This document shows positions 28,526 through 38,746 of a stretch of DNA of 45,022 nucleotides, piece after piece. The position numbers and the translations under genes were made by a program. The notes under the pieces were generated by a model. It saw only the letters and a program-made list of their open reading frames with translations. It ran no database searches and was not told the origin of the DNA. Every line of letters starts with the position of its first letter. The first letter of the stretch is position 1. This DNA comes from an uncultured Alphaproteobacteria bacterium (GTDB taxonomy: Bacteria > Pseudomonadota > Alphaproteobacteria > HIMB59 > GCA-002718135): the NCBI GenBank assembly GCA_902619045.1, contig CACNCX010000003.1, positions 1 to 45,022 of the forward strand, given 5' to 3'.

Positions 28526-29158
28526 ATGACAAAAGAAATTGAAATACCTTTAGTTAAAGCAACAAATGAAAATCTTAAAGGATATGGGTATTTAATCGAT
28601 AGTTTTGAAAATAGTGATATTGAAATTGTTACTTGGCCAAAACAAGGATGGCGTGACATAGAAGAGGGAACTGGTAATGAAGGTGGAACTACCGAAGGTT
28701 CTTTTGATACCTGGTGGCAAGGTGACGTGCTTTATGGGCAAAATAATGCTGTTCAACATAAGAGCGATTATGAAGTAGATGGAAAATATATACTGGGTTA
28801 TGCCAATAATCCTGATCAAGAATTACAAAAAGATAAATATTCAGATCCAACAAAAATTTTTTTATGGCATGCAAATTATCATCCTGATGGAGGTCAGCTT
28901 TTCTTTCCTGAAGAAAATAAACCATTTATTTGTCCTTTAGCCTTACCTACAGACGACATTGAACCAGAACATTTTAAAGCATTTTATTGTGACGGATCAA
29001 AAGGTTTGTATATTCATCCAAATATTTGGCATGAAGGGGTGTTTCCAGTTACAGAAAAACAATCGTTTCAAGGAAAACAAGGTAAAGTACATGCAAGAGT
29101 TAGCATCGACTTAAAAGAGGAATTTAATAAGTATATTTATTTTAAAACTGCGATCTAA
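28526..29158 (+). CDS. Ureidoglycolate-lyase-like cupin protein
   Basis: ATNENLKGYG, NYHPDGGQLFFP and GLYIHPNIWHEG resemble the AllA-family H..G.Q.F.P / G....WH pattern. Confidence 0.6.
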   Translation: MTKEIEIPLVKATNENLKGYGYLIDSFENSDIEIVTWPKQGWRDIEEGTGNEGGTTEGSFDTWWQGDVLYGQNNAVQHKSDYEVDGKYILGYANNPDQELQKDKYSDPTKIFLWHANYHPDGGQLFFPEENKPFICPLALPTDDIEPEHFKAFYCDGSKGLYIHPNIWHEGVFPVTEKQSFQGKQGKVHARVSIDLKEEFNKYIYFKTAI

Positions 29159-29178
29159 TTATAAATTTATATTTAATA

Positions 29179-29967
29179 ATGAAAATTATTCACCTTTCAG
29201 ACCCTCATATTTATATTGATAAGATTCATGGCATAGATCCTGTCAGTAAATTTAAAAAAGCATTAACTCATATAAAAAATAATCATGGTGATGCAGATTT
29301 ATTTGCCATCACAGGTGATATTACAGACTTAGGTGATAAAGATTCTTATCAGTTATTTTTAAAAATAATTGATGAAGCAGGTCTGCCGAAGAATTTAAAT
29401 CCTCAACTAATTATAGGTAATCATGATAACAGAGATGAATTTAAAATAAACTTTCCTAATATTGAAACCGATCCAAATGGATTTATTCAATACTTTAAGG
29501 ATATAGATAATAAACGTTTAATTTTTATAGATACTAATCTGATTAACACTCACCAAGGACATTATTGTGAAGAGAGGCAAGAATGGTTAAATAATATTTT
29601 AAGTAAGACTAATACGGATACGTACATCTTTATGCATCATAATCCACTGGCATTAGTAAAAGAGGAAAGTGATGGAATAGGATTACAACAAAAAAAAGAG
29701 TTTCAACAAATTTTAACTAAAAATAATAATATAATAAAACATATTTTTTTTGGTCATCAACACATTACAAGTTCTGGCTCTTATTGTGGTATTACTTTTT
29801 CCTCCCCAAGAAGTACTTGGTCTCCTCTAATACCTAACTTTTCAAATGAATATCGTTTAGGAACGGCTAATACAGATACAAATTATAATGTTGCAATAAT
29901 TCGATCTGACGCCTTAATTATTCATACAGAGGATTTTTTAAAAACAGAAGTTAATTGGTTTAAATAA
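29179..29967 (+). CDS. Metallophosphoesterase/phosphodiesterase (CpdA/GpdQ-like)
   Basis: HLSDPH, TGDITD, IGNHDNR, FMHHNP, FFGHQH. Confidence 0.85.
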   Translation: MKIIHLSDPHIYIDKIHGIDPVSKFKKALTHIKNNHGDADLFAITGDITDLGDKDSYQLFLKIIDEAGLPKNLNPQLIIGNHDNRDEFKINFPNIETDPNGFIQYFKDIDNKRLIFIDTNLINTHQGHYCEERQEWLNNILSKTNTDTYIFMHHNPLALVKEESDGIGLQQKKEFQQILTKNNNIIKHIFFGHQHITSSGSYCGITFSSPRSTWSPLIPNFSNEYRLGTANTDTNYNVAIIRSDALIIHTEDFLKTEVNWFK

Positions 29968-29971
29968 AAAA

Positions 29972-31078
29972 TTATTTTTTTTCGATTACAAATATTTCAT
30001 TGTTAAAATAAAGACCTTTATTTTTAGCAACAATGTTTTGAACAATTTTTTCATAGTTTTTAGTTTTTTCTACTTTCATTACTTTGTCGTCATCCATTTG
30101 ATTGACATATATGGAGGCATTCCAAGCAGAAAAAACTAATGATGTCGCTATACCTCCGCTGATTTCTGTTGGTAGAGCTCTCAATTTACATTTAATAATT
30201 CTTTTTTCTCCAAAAGATAATCTTCTTAATAAATCTTTATCTAAATTTTTCTTAAGATAAGAAATGATACTATTTCCAAGAGAAGGAAATGGGTCCTCTT
30301 TTGGCCAAATTTTACGAATTATTTCATTAGCAGGATCTTTTCCTGAAGCATGAATAGTTAATAATTTCCCTTTTGATTTTAACGCTCTAATCATTGGTTC
30401 GATGACATATTTTGATTTCTTTTCTGCTGTGATTCTTGAACGATAAGGCTGTGAAGCAATAATAAGATCAAATTTATTATCTGATTTTTTTTTGGTAGGT
30501 ATTAATTCATTTACATTAAATTCTTGATCTTCGCGGTAGATAACCATGACTGAAGGCTCTTTATAAGTATGGTTACCTGACTTTTTATTAATTTCTATAT
30601 TCCATTTTTTTTCTAAAAATTCATTTTGTTTTCTTAATTGTTGGGCAAATTCAAGAGAGGTATCTCCTTTTAATTTAATAATATTCCAATTAATTTTTTT
30701 CTGTTTAACTTCATTTTTTGATTTTAGGTTTGCAGCTTCAGCGTAGTGTAGATTTGAAATGACAAAAACCGTATTCTTATGTTCAACAAACCTATCGGGT
30801 AATTTTTCTAAACCTAATCTTACATCTTCTATGCTTATTTCTTTTGTGCAAACTAATAAAGGTACGTTAGGCTTAGCCTCGTGGCACTGACGCATAACAT
30901 TCATAAGTAAGGAACCATCACCCATACCAGCATCAAATATTTTTATACCAGGTTTTTGAGGTTTAATTTTATTTACGTGAGGGCGTATCGCATCAGCAAT
31001 TTGATTTTTTTCATTTGTTGTTGTGACAAATAATAAGTATTTTTGTCTGTTATCATAAAACCTGAAATTTTTTTTCAT
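29972..31078 (-). CDS. Uncharacterised protein with a SAM-methyltransferase-like motif I
   Basis: 368-aa ORF with IFDAGMGDG and FDLIIASQPY; function unknown. Confidence 0.7.
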   Translation of the reverse strand: MKKNFRFYDNRQKYLLFVTTTNEKNQIADAIRPHVNKIKPQKPGIKIFDAGMGDGSLLMNVMRQCHEAKPNVPLLVCTKEISIEDVRLGLEKLPDRFVEHKNTVFVISNLHYAEAANLKSKNEVKQKKINWNIIKLKGDTSLEFAQQLRKQNEFLEKKWNIEINKKSGNHTYKEPSVMVIYREDQEFNVNELIPTKKKSDNKFDLIIASQPYRSRITAEKKSKYVIEPMIRALKSKGKLLTIHASGKDPANEIIRKIWPKEDPFPSLGNSIISYLKKNLDKDLLRRLSFGEKRIIKCKLRALPTEISGGIATSLVFSAWNASIYVNQMDDDKVMKVEKTKNYEKIVQNIVAKNKGLYFNNEIFVIEKK

Positions 31079-31080
31079 TA

Positions 31081-32193
31081 CTAATAAAGTCCCATTGATT
31101 TAGCAGAAGAGATGAAGGCTTCTTTATTGCCAATAAAGTTTTTACCTCGTTCCCCTAAAAACGCATCATCTACTATATTATTCCATTCTTGAATAGGAAC
31201 TTTTATTTCATTTAAGTTAAGAGGAACCTCTAAAGAACGCATAAATTCACTCAGATGATTTGCGGCATTCTCTAGGTTATCGTTAAAAATTAGTTTTAGT
31301 CTTTCTTCAGCTACACTATCAATGCCAACCATACTTTTAGTAATCATGGGTAATGTAAATGAGCAAGCAATACCATGTTGAATGCCGTAATTGAGCGTCA
31401 CAGGGTATGATAGATTGTGCGCAATAGCAGTTTTTGTATTGGAAAACGCTAAGCCAGCATGAACGCATGCCAGTGCAATGTTTGAACGTAATTCAACGCT
31501 TCTTAAATCTTTAGCGAGAAGTGGTAAATTTTCTAATACTAATTTTGATGCTTGTATTGCATGAGAAGCAGAAATTGGGTTTGCATTAATATTCCAAATA
31601 CTTTCCATTGAATGAGAGAGAGCATCTAAACCTGTTGAAATGGTCAAGCCTAAAGGCTTATCAACCATAATTGATGGATCGATAATTGCTTTTTCTGCAT
31701 AAAGAGATTTATGCGCCAAAGATAATTTATTGTTTTTTTCTTTATCCCAAATTGTGGCCCAACACGTAAGCTCACTTGATGTTCCTGAAGTTGTAGGTAT
31801 TGCAATAATCTTGATTGGATTTTTGACTCTTGGACTTTTCTTATTGCGAACGAAATCTGTTAGATATTCTTGTTTATCTTTAAAAGCAGCAATTGCTTTA
31901 GCTGTGTCTGTAACAGAGCCACCACCTATAGCTAAAATATAATCTACCGATTCATTGATTGAAGAAAATTTTTTTTGTAGCTCTAAAATATCCTTATAAT
32001 CTGGATTAGGCTGAACATCCGTCATAATGGATAGTGGTGGATTTGAAGAAGATTTTAATTCATCGCTATATTTTTTAAAAATTTCTTCTGGATGAGTGAT
32101 TATGATGTAGTTCTTATTTTTAAGAGCATCATGTACTTCTGTAAATCTATTTTCTCCAAAGATAATTTCAACAGGATTAAAATAATTCCACAT
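31081..32193 (-). CDS. Phosphonate-associated iron-containing alcohol dehydrogenase (PsrA-like)
   Basis: MWNYFNPVEIIFG, GGGSVTDTAK, IPTTSGTSSE, GLDALSHSMES, FSNTKTAIAHNLSY, HGIACSF. Confidence 0.85.
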   Translation of the reverse strand: MWNYFNPVEIIFGENRFTEVHDALKNKNYIIITHPEEIFKKYSDELKSSSNPPLSIMTDVQPNPDYKDILELQKKFSSINESVDYILAIGGGSVTDTAKAIAAFKDKQEYLTDFVRNKKSPRVKNPIKIIAIPTTSGTSSELTCWATIWDKEKNNKLSLAHKSLYAEKAIIDPSIMVDKPLGLTISTGLDALSHSMESIWNINANPISASHAIQASKLVLENLPLLAKDLRSVELRSNIALACVHAGLAFSNTKTAIAHNLSYPVTLNYGIQHGIACSFTLPMITKSMVGIDSVAEERLKLIFNDNLENAANHLSEFMRSLEVPLNLNEIKVPIQEWNNIVDDAFLGERGKNFIGNKEAFISSAKSMGLY

Positions 32194-32197
32194 TACA

Positions 32198-33277
32198 TTA
32201 AATTGATTTTGCCGCTTTAGTTAAAATTGTCATTTTCTCAATTGCTTGTTCTCGAGTAAAGAAACCTAAACCACAATCTGGTGCAGCTATTAAGCGGTGT
32301 TCATCAATATGTTCAAGTGAATCTTTGATACGAACTCTTACTTCTTCAACAGATTCCATTCTGCTTTTTGCAATATCAATAAATCCAAAAATTACTTTTG
32401 TTTTAGTAAATTTTTCTAAAAGATTTAAATCATTATGCCTATGTGAGTCTTCTAAAGATACTTCATCAATAGTTGAATCATCTACAAGTGATGCAATTCT
32501 ATCATAAGCATCTAAATCAGCCTTTTTATAACCTTCTGAATCTAATGAATTAGGATAACCACAACAAATATGGCAAACACGTTGCACTTCTTTAGGTATA
32601 CCATGCATCATTCTTTCTAAATTTTCCATACCATATGAATGAGCTTCATCGGGCTTTCTAGCAAATACTGGTTCATCAATTTGAATATACTGACAACCTG
32701 CATCCACAAGTGCCTTAATTTCTTTATTGAGAGCTAATGCTAAATCAAAACCAAGTTTTTTCATGTCATCATAGTAATTGTTGGCAATTGAATCTGTAAT
32801 TGTCATTGGTCCAGGTAGCGTAATTTTAACTGGGTTTTTTGTAAATTGTTGTGCACTCTTCCAGTCTAAATGCATACGTATTTCTTTACTTGAAATCGGT
32901 GCAACAATAGTTGGAAGGTCAGCTTCGAACGCACCTTGTCTTACTGACTTATGTGTAACTTCCTTAAAACTTACTCCATTTAAAAATCGGCATTGATATA
33001 ATACGTAACTCTCGCGTCTGACTTCTCCATCTGTTGGAACATCAATACCCGCATTTACTTGATCAGTTATAACTTCTTTAATTGCTGCTAAAAATAATTT
33101 TTCAGCATCTGCACCTGCAGACTCTAATGCTTTTTCATATGCGCCAGGTGACCAATTTGATAATAATCCTTTTGACGCTTTTCTCTCTTCTTCTGATTTT
33201 GTCCCTAAAAACCAATCTTGAATAGGTGTTTGTTTCGGTTTTGGATAAGCACCTATTGTAGTTGTTTTAAGAGGCAT
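32198..33277 (-). CDS. Core (single-barrel) cobalamin-independent methionine synthase family protein
   Basis: TTTIGAYPKP, TDGEVRR, TLPGPMT, IQIDEP; Zn ligands HICCG and APDCGLG. It lacks the N-terminal MetE half. Confidence 0.85.
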   Translation of the reverse strand: MPLKTTTIGAYPKPKQTPIQDWFLGTKSEEERKASKGLLSNWSPGAYEKALESAGADAEKLFLAAIKEVITDQVNAGIDVPTDGEVRRESYVLYQCRFLNGVSFKEVTHKSVRQGAFEADLPTIVAPISSKEIRMHLDWKSAQQFTKNPVKITLPGPMTITDSIANNYYDDMKKLGFDLALALNKEIKALVDAGCQYIQIDEPVFARKPDEAHSYGMENLERMMHGIPKEVQRVCHICCGYPNSLDSEGYKKADLDAYDRIASLVDDSTIDEVSLEDSHRHNDLNLLEKFTKTKVIFGFIDIAKSRMESVEEVRVRIKDSLEHIDEHRLIAAPDCGLGFFTREQAIEKMTILTKAAKSI

Positions 33278-33301
33278 CTATTTTTACTCCCATTTAAATT
33301 T

Positions 33302-33334
33302 AAAATAAAACAGCGGCTTTTATAAAGCCGCTGT
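33302..33334 (-). terminator. Intrinsic terminator after the ABC substrate-binding gene
   Basis: Perfect 11-bp stem ACAGCGGCTTT-TAT-AAAGCCGCTGT (33310-33334), followed by TTTATTTT on the minus strand. Confidence 0.85.
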
Positions 33335-33364
33335 AATAAAAAGTTAATAATAAATAATCTCAAA

Positions 33365-34618
33365 TTACATAAGATCGTTTATTTCTTCCATCATTTCTTC
33401 TTGGAGATCACCCATATCATCAGCGTCGCCTGTAGCAATTTCTTCTGTGTAATCATAGATTACCTGTGTAACAGCTAATCCATTTTCTCCAGGATATGCA
33501 AACCAATCTGCAAGAAGTGGAAGTTGTTCAACTGCAGTAAGTTTATTAGGGTTTTTACTATAGAAATCACCTAATAATTCATTCGCTGCTTTGTTTGGTG
33601 GAACATATCCAGTTGTTTCAGCAACTAATGCAGCACCGATACCTGATGTAATGAACTTTAAGAAAGTCCATGCAGCATCAACTCTTGCTGGATCATCAGA
33701 TGTAGACACTAACATTGCAGCGTTTCCACCTGCTGGTAATCTTGCTGGTGTTCCATTGTTAACTCCAGCCATTCCAGGGAATGGTGCAGTTTTTAAAACA
33801 AAGTCTGCCTTTGCAGCATTAACTGAACCCAAGCTTGAAGTAGACCAGAACATCATACCAATAGTACCTGCGTTAAACGCAGCTTGACCATCAGCAATTG
33901 AATAGTTTGGCATATTACATCCGCTCATGATTGCTTTCATTTGCTCTAACGTTGCAAGTCCTGCATCACCACCCATATTTACAGCTCCATCTTTAACCAT
34001 TGGAACATTCTGAGTGTGCATTAATGCTTGGTGGAACCAGTTACCTGTGATGTTCCAACCAAAGTATAGAGTTCCTTTACCTGCTGCTTCCAATTTATTA
34101 CATGCTGCAATAACTTCGTCCCAGTTAGTTGGAATACTATTTACACCTGCTTCAGCTAATAAATCCATGTTATAATATCCAACTGGCGTTGATACAGAAA
34201 ATGGTAATCCATAAACTTCACCACCAAATGTTGAAAGACTTAACATAGCAGAATGGTAACCATCTTTTTCAAAAGCAGCTTCTTTTGCAATAAATGGCTC
34301 TAAAGACTTAGCAATACCTTTGTCAACTAGAGGTGCTTGTCTGTTAAGACCTTGCATTGTTACATCTGGTAAATTACCTGAAGTAGACTCTCTGAAGATT
34401 GTTGCAGTTGCATCCTCATAGTTTTCATAAGTTGCTCTAAATTTAACTTGAATATCTGGATGTGCTTTTTCAAACTCTGGCATAATAGCTTGAAAAGTTA
34501 CATCGAATAATCCTGAATAAGGATAAGCTACTTCTATTTCAATAGACTTAGCTGAATTAACAGAACCATAAAAACCAAAAGCTAATACGGCAGCCAATCC
34601 TGTAATTAATTTTTTCAT
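33365..34618 (-). CDS. ABC transporter substrate-binding protein (UgpB-like, family 1)
   Basis: Signal peptide, LPDV, YGLPFSVSTPVGYYNMDL, PTNWDE, TTGYVP; GGAGG SD. Confidence 0.85.
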   Translation of the reverse strand: MKKLITGLAAVLAFGFYGSVNSAKSIEIEVAYPYSGLFDVTFQAIMPEFEKAHPDIQVKFRATYENYEDATATIFRESTSGNLPDVTMQGLNRQAPLVDKGIAKSLEPFIAKEAAFEKDGYHSAMLSLSTFGGEVYGLPFSVSTPVGYYNMDLLAEAGVNSIPTNWDEVIAACNKLEAAGKGTLYFGWNITGNWFHQALMHTQNVPMVKDGAVNMGGDAGLATLEQMKAIMSGCNMPNYSIADGQAAFNAGTIGMMFWSTSSLGSVNAAKADFVLKTAPFPGMAGVNNGTPARLPAGGNAAMLVSTSDDPARVDAAWTFLKFITSGIGAALVAETTGYVPPNKAANELLGDFYSKNPNKLTAVEQLPLLADWFAYPGENGLAVTQVIYDYTEEIATGDADDMGDLQEEMMEEINDLM

Positions 34619-34654
34619 TTAATCCCTCCGATTCAAATATAATAATTAATCTAA

Positions 34655-34699
34655 CACGTAGCCTCAAAGGGTTACAATTTTATTACGAAAATATTACTA
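34655..34699 (-). promoter_or_regulatory. Triple Pho-box promoter of the substrate-binding gene
   Basis: Minus strand reads TAGTAAT-ATTT-TCGTAAT-AAAA-TTGTAAC-N10-TACGTG. Confidence 0.72.
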
Positions 34700-34755
34700 A
34701 AAAATAAGCTTATTTTTCCACAGCATTAAGAAAAATTAGAGAAAAACTGGTTTAT

Positions 34756-36198
34756 TTACCAAGGTAGCGAAAAGGTTTTTACATTAGTAAAACTTTTCAT
34801 TGCTTCAATAACACCCTCTTTGTAACCAAGACCTGAATCTTTAATTCCTCCAAAAGGAGACATTTCAATTCTATAGCCTGGAACTTCCCAAATATTTACA
34901 GTGCCAACATTTAAGCCTTGAATATATTTTTTTGCTCGCATGAAGTTATTTGTACATACACCAGATGATAATCCGAATGCAGTTGAATTAGATATTTTCA
35001 TTACAGCTTCATCGTCATTAGGCACACGAATGATTGGTATAACTGGACCAAATGTTTCTTCTAAAACTAATTCACTTTTAGGATCAACATGATCTACAAC
35101 TATTGGAGGTAACAAAGCACCCTTTCTTCCAGGGTGATATAAAATTTTTGCACCGTCTTCTTCTGCCATTGAAACTCTTTTATCAAAAAGTTCTGCAGCT
35201 TGAGCATTAACAACTGTACCTAAGTCTGTTTCCATATTCATAGGATCACCAAATTTAATTTTCTTAGCACGCTCAAGAGCCATTTCAACAAATTGATCTG
35301 CAATAGATTCTTGAACCAGTATTCTTTTAACAGCTGTACAACGTTGACCAGAATTTTTCGTTGCTCCCGTAACAGCTAGCTCAACAGCTTTTTTAAGATC
35401 ATCACCATCTAAGTCATTTAAAACAATTAATGGATCATTACCACCTAACTCAAGAACAGTTCTTTTGTATCCAGCTTGTTCGGCAATTAATTTTCCTACA
35501 CCTACACTACCTGTAAAAGTAATGAGATCAATATTTGGATTCTTGATCATTTCTGATCCGATATCTTGAGGCCATCCAGTTACAACTGAAAACATTTCTG
35601 GTGGCAGACCTGCTTCATATAAAACATCAGCGAGTACCATTGCTGTTAAAGGTGTTAATTCTGTCTGCTTACATACTGTACAATTATTAGTTGCAATTGA
35701 AGGAGCAATTTTATGCGCTACCATATTCAAAGGGTGATTAAATGGAGTGATTGCTGAAATTGCCGTTAAAGGTTCTCTTATGGTAAATATTTTTCTCGCT
35801 TTTCCATGCGGAGTTAAATCACAAGAAAATATTTCTCCATCATCAAGAATACAAAGTTGAGCCGTTAAAGAAAAGACATCAAAAGCTCTTCCTACTTCGT
35901 ATAGAGAATCTTGTTTTGAAATACCAAGTTCTAAAGTAATAATATCAGAAATTTCTTCTTTTCTTTTAACAAGTACTTCTGCAGCAGTTTGAAGAATTTT
36001 TTGTCTCTCGTATCTTGTAAGTTTAGGTTGGTAATTTGCAGCAATATCTAAAGCCTTTCTTGCATGCTCTGCAGTACCGGCTGGAACCGTTCCGATTACT
36101 TCACCTGTAAAAGGGTACTCAACATTTATTGTTTTATCTGAAGTAACTTTTTCTCCAGCAATACGCATTGCTTCATTAATCATTTTTTTGTGCATCAT
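34756..36198 (-). CDS. phnY: Phosphonoacetaldehyde dehydrogenase
   Basis: ALDH motifs ([31 protein letters not shown]) plus [14 protein letters not shown] and [14 protein letters not shown]; coupled to phnA. Confidence 0.92.
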   Translation of the reverse strand: MMHKKMINEAMRIAGEKVTSDKTINVEYPFTGEVIGTVPAGTAEHARKALDIAANYQPKLTRYERQKILQTAAEVLVKRKEEISDIITLELGISKQDSLYEVGRAFDVFSLTAQLCILDDGEIFSCDLTPHGKARKIFTIREPLTAISAITPFNHPLNMVAHKIAPSIATNNCTVCKQTELTPLTAMVLADVLYEAGLPPEMFSVVTGWPQDIGSEMIKNPNIDLITFTGSVGVGKLIAEQAGYKRTVLELGGNDPLIVLNDLDGDDLKKAVELAVTGATKNSGQRCTAVKRILVQESIADQFVEMALERAKKIKFGDPMNMETDLGTVVNAQAAELFDKRVSMAEEDGAKILYHPGRKGALLPPIVVDHVDPKSELVLEETFGPVIPIIRVPNDDEAVMKISNSTAFGLSSGVCTNNFMRAKKYIQGLNVGTVNIWEVPGYRIEMSPFGGIKDSGLGYKEGVIEAMKSFTNVKTFSLPW

Positions 36199-37436
36199 AG
36201 GGCTCCATTTATTGCATAATAAAATGCATCATAGTTATATAATTGTTTGCTAGTATCTAAGTTTTGTAATTTTAAATTTGATATGAATGGAACCTCTCTT
36301 TCATGGAGTCCTCCATGAGAACGTAAAGGTTCATTTAATCCAGAAAGATTGTGTTTATCTTCCGATGAACCAATAGTCATAAATTCTGAAGACATACATA
36401 TAATATCCCCCATTCTATCAGGAGGTAAATTATAAGTAGAGCATCCTTCATCTTTTGTTAAAACAACTTCTATATCTTTTATTTCTTTAATAGCATTTAC
36501 AACTGAATCTACCCTGCTCTTGTCTTCTAAATAAATTGTTGCAAAAGAACCAAGTGAACCATGATGAACGACATATGGATCTGTAATTGGTAGGATGACT
36601 TTAGCCATGTTTGGTTCAAATTTTTTATCTAAATAATCTTGTAAAAATATTGCATTAGGTGAACCATCTTCTTTTGATTTTGGTTTCATTCCGTGATCTG
36701 CTGTGATGATTATAGAAACATTCTCCTTATTTAAAAGACCAATATATTTATCAAACATTGCATAAAATTTATTTGCTGTTTCATTTCCCGGAGCATATTT
36801 GTGTTGAATATAATCTGTAGTCGATAAATACATGATATTTGGTTTGAACTCTTCAAGAAGCTTTACACCTGCAGCCATTACAAATTCAGAAAGTCCTTCA
36901 GAATATACTTCTGGCACTGGCATCCCCAACCAATCGTTTACATTATCTATACCATTGAGATCTTTTGCTGCTTGATCAGATTTTTCAGCAGAAAAACAAA
37001 TAGCTCTCTCATCATCAAAACTTAATCCGTTTCCTAAAAGTGTTCTCAACTTGTCTTTTGCAGTAACAAGAGCAATTTTAGAACCAGAATTGTAAAATTT
37101 TTCAAAAATAGTTGGTGCTCGCATATATTTTGGATCATTCATCATTACTTCTTCACCAGTCTCAGGTGTATAAAAGAAGTTTCCGCATATACCGTGTACA
37201 GAACTTGGTTGGCCTGTTACAATCGAAATGTTATTTGGATTTGTAAAACTTGGAATAGCGCTGTGAACAAGTAGGTTTTCACCACTTGCAATTAATTTAT
37301 CAAGATTTGGTGTAAGATTAGATTTTGATGCTTCTTCGAGATACTCTTTTTGACTACCATCAAGGCATATAACAATAGCAGTTTTTGAGAAAGAGCTTGG
37401 ATATTCTCTTTTATTAATTTCTAAATTATCGGACAC
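36195..37436 (-). CDS. phnA: Phosphonoacetate hydrolase
   Basis: [54 protein letters not shown]; GTG start. Confidence 0.95.
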   Translation of the reverse strand: MSDNLEINKREYPSSFSKTAIVICLDGSQKEYLEEASKSNLTPNLDKLIASGENLLVHSAIPSFTNPNNISIVTGQPSSVHGICGNFFYTPETGEEVMMNDPKYMRAPTIFEKFYNSGSKIALVTAKDKLRTLLGNGLSFDDERAICFSAEKSDQAAKDLNGIDNVNDWLGMPVPEVYSEGLSEFVMAAGVKLLEEFKPNIMYLSTTDYIQHKYAPGNETANKFYAMFDKYIGLLNKENVSIIITADHGMKPKSKEDGSPNAIFLQDYLDKKFEPNMAKVILPITDPYVVHHGSLGSFATIYLEDKSRVDSVVNAIKEIKDIEVVLTKDEGCSTYNLPPDRMGDIICMSSEFMTIGSSEDKHNLSGLNEPLRSHGGLHEREVPFISNLKLQNLDTSKQLYNYDAFYYAINGAL

Positions 37437-37460
37437 AAATTCAACTAATATATATTATTA

Positions 37461-37494
37461 AAAATACAAATTTATAGTTATCTGGTAGTTAAAC
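37461..37494 (-). promoter_or_regulatory. Possible Pho-box-type promoter of phnA-phnY
   Basis: Minus strand reads GTTTAAC-TACC-AGATAAC-N10-TATTTT; degenerate. Confidence 0.35.
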
Positions 37495-37514
37495 TCAATC
37501 ATAATTTGAATATT

Positions 37515-37558
37515 TGTTAATAAAATTGAAATAAAACTGAAATAAATAGATTTAAAAT
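37515..37558 (+). promoter_or_regulatory. Triple 11-bp repeat (Pho-box-like) upstream of the ABC ATPase operon
   Basis: TGTTAAT-AAAA-TTGAAAT-AAAA-CTGAAAT-N9-TAAAAT. Confidence 0.55.
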
Positions 37559-37612
37559 ATTCTCAAATTTAATAAAATTTTGTAGATTAAAGTTAAGATA
37601 CAGGGGGAATGA

Positions 37613-38746
37613 GTGGGAACAATATCGCTTAAAAATATTTCAAAGTCATTTGGGTCTACACAAGTACTTAATAATTTGAATGTTGATATAAACGATGGAG
37701 AATTCTTAACATTAGTTGGTCCATCTGGTTGTGGTAAATCTACATTACTTAGAATAATTGCAGGATTGGAACAGCAGACTTCAGGCGATGTATTAATTGA
37801 TAATAAAAATGTAAATAGAGTTAGAGCCAGTGAAAGAGATTTGGCAATGGTATTCCAGTCATATGCTCTTTATCCTCATCTCACAGTAAGAAGGAATTTA
37901 GAAACCCCATTAAGACTAAGGGATTATAATGCATTTGAAAGACTGCCCTTAATTGGTAATTTTTCTCCAAGCAAAAAAGAGAAAACAGAATCTATAAATC
38001 AATTAGTAAATAAAACTTCTGAAACTCTAAAAATTTCAGAACTATTGGATAGAAAACCAGGACAATTGTCAGGTGGTCAAAGACAAAGAGTTGCTCTTGG
38101 TCGTGCTATGGTTAGAGAGCCTGTTGCCTTTTTAATGGATGAACCTCTTTCAAATTTAGATGCGGCTCTGAGAGTTCACATGCGATCTGAACTATCTGAA
38201 CTTCATAATTCACTTAAAACTACTTTTGTGTACGTAACACATGATCAAGCAGAAGCGTTAACTATGTCTTCTAGAATGGCTGTGATGATTGATGGAAATT
38301 TATTACAACTAGATACGCCTCAAGAAGTATATGACAATCCTTCCTCATTAAGTGTAGCTCAATTTGTTGGAAGTCCAAAAATAAATATATTTAAAGGAAC
38401 TGCGGACTCTGGTGGGACGGTTGGTTTTCTCAACGTTAACCTAAAAAGAAAAAGTTCTGAAAGTAATACAGACTTACATATTGGTATTCGACCAGAACAT
38501 TTAGAAATTACAAATGAAAATAATGAAAATACATTTAGTGGAACAGTTGCATATAGAGAAAATTTAGGTTCAGATATTTTCTTTCATGTAAATATTGAAG
38601 ACGGTTCAAATAAAATAATTGTAAGGGGCTTACCACAATTTACACACCAAATTTCAAACGGTTCTAGTGTGAATATTAAAAGAGTTTCAGATAAAGCATT
38701 ACTATTTAATCAAGCAGGAATGAGAGTTCAATTTACTAATGCATAA
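37613..38746 (+). CDS. ABC transporter ATP-binding protein (UgpC/MalK-like)
   Basis: [47 protein letters not shown]; GTG start after a GGGGG SD. Confidence 0.92.
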   Translation: MGTISLKNISKSFGSTQVLNNLNVDINDGEFLTLVGPSGCGKSTLLRIIAGLEQQTSGDVLIDNKNVNRVRASERDLAMVFQSYALYPHLTVRRNLETPLRLRDYNAFERLPLIGNFSPSKKEKTESINQLVNKTSETLKISELLDRKPGQLSGGQRQRVALGRAMVREPVAFLMDEPLSNLDAALRVHMRSELSELHNSLKTTFVYVTHDQAEALTMSSRMAVMIDGNLLQLDTPQEVYDNPSSLSVAQFVGSPKINIFKGTADSGGTVGFLNVNLKRKSSESNTDLHIGIRPEHLEITNENNENTFSGTVAYRENLGSDIFFHVNIEDGSNKIIVRGLPQFTHQISNGSSVNIKRVSDKALLFNQAGMRVQFTNA

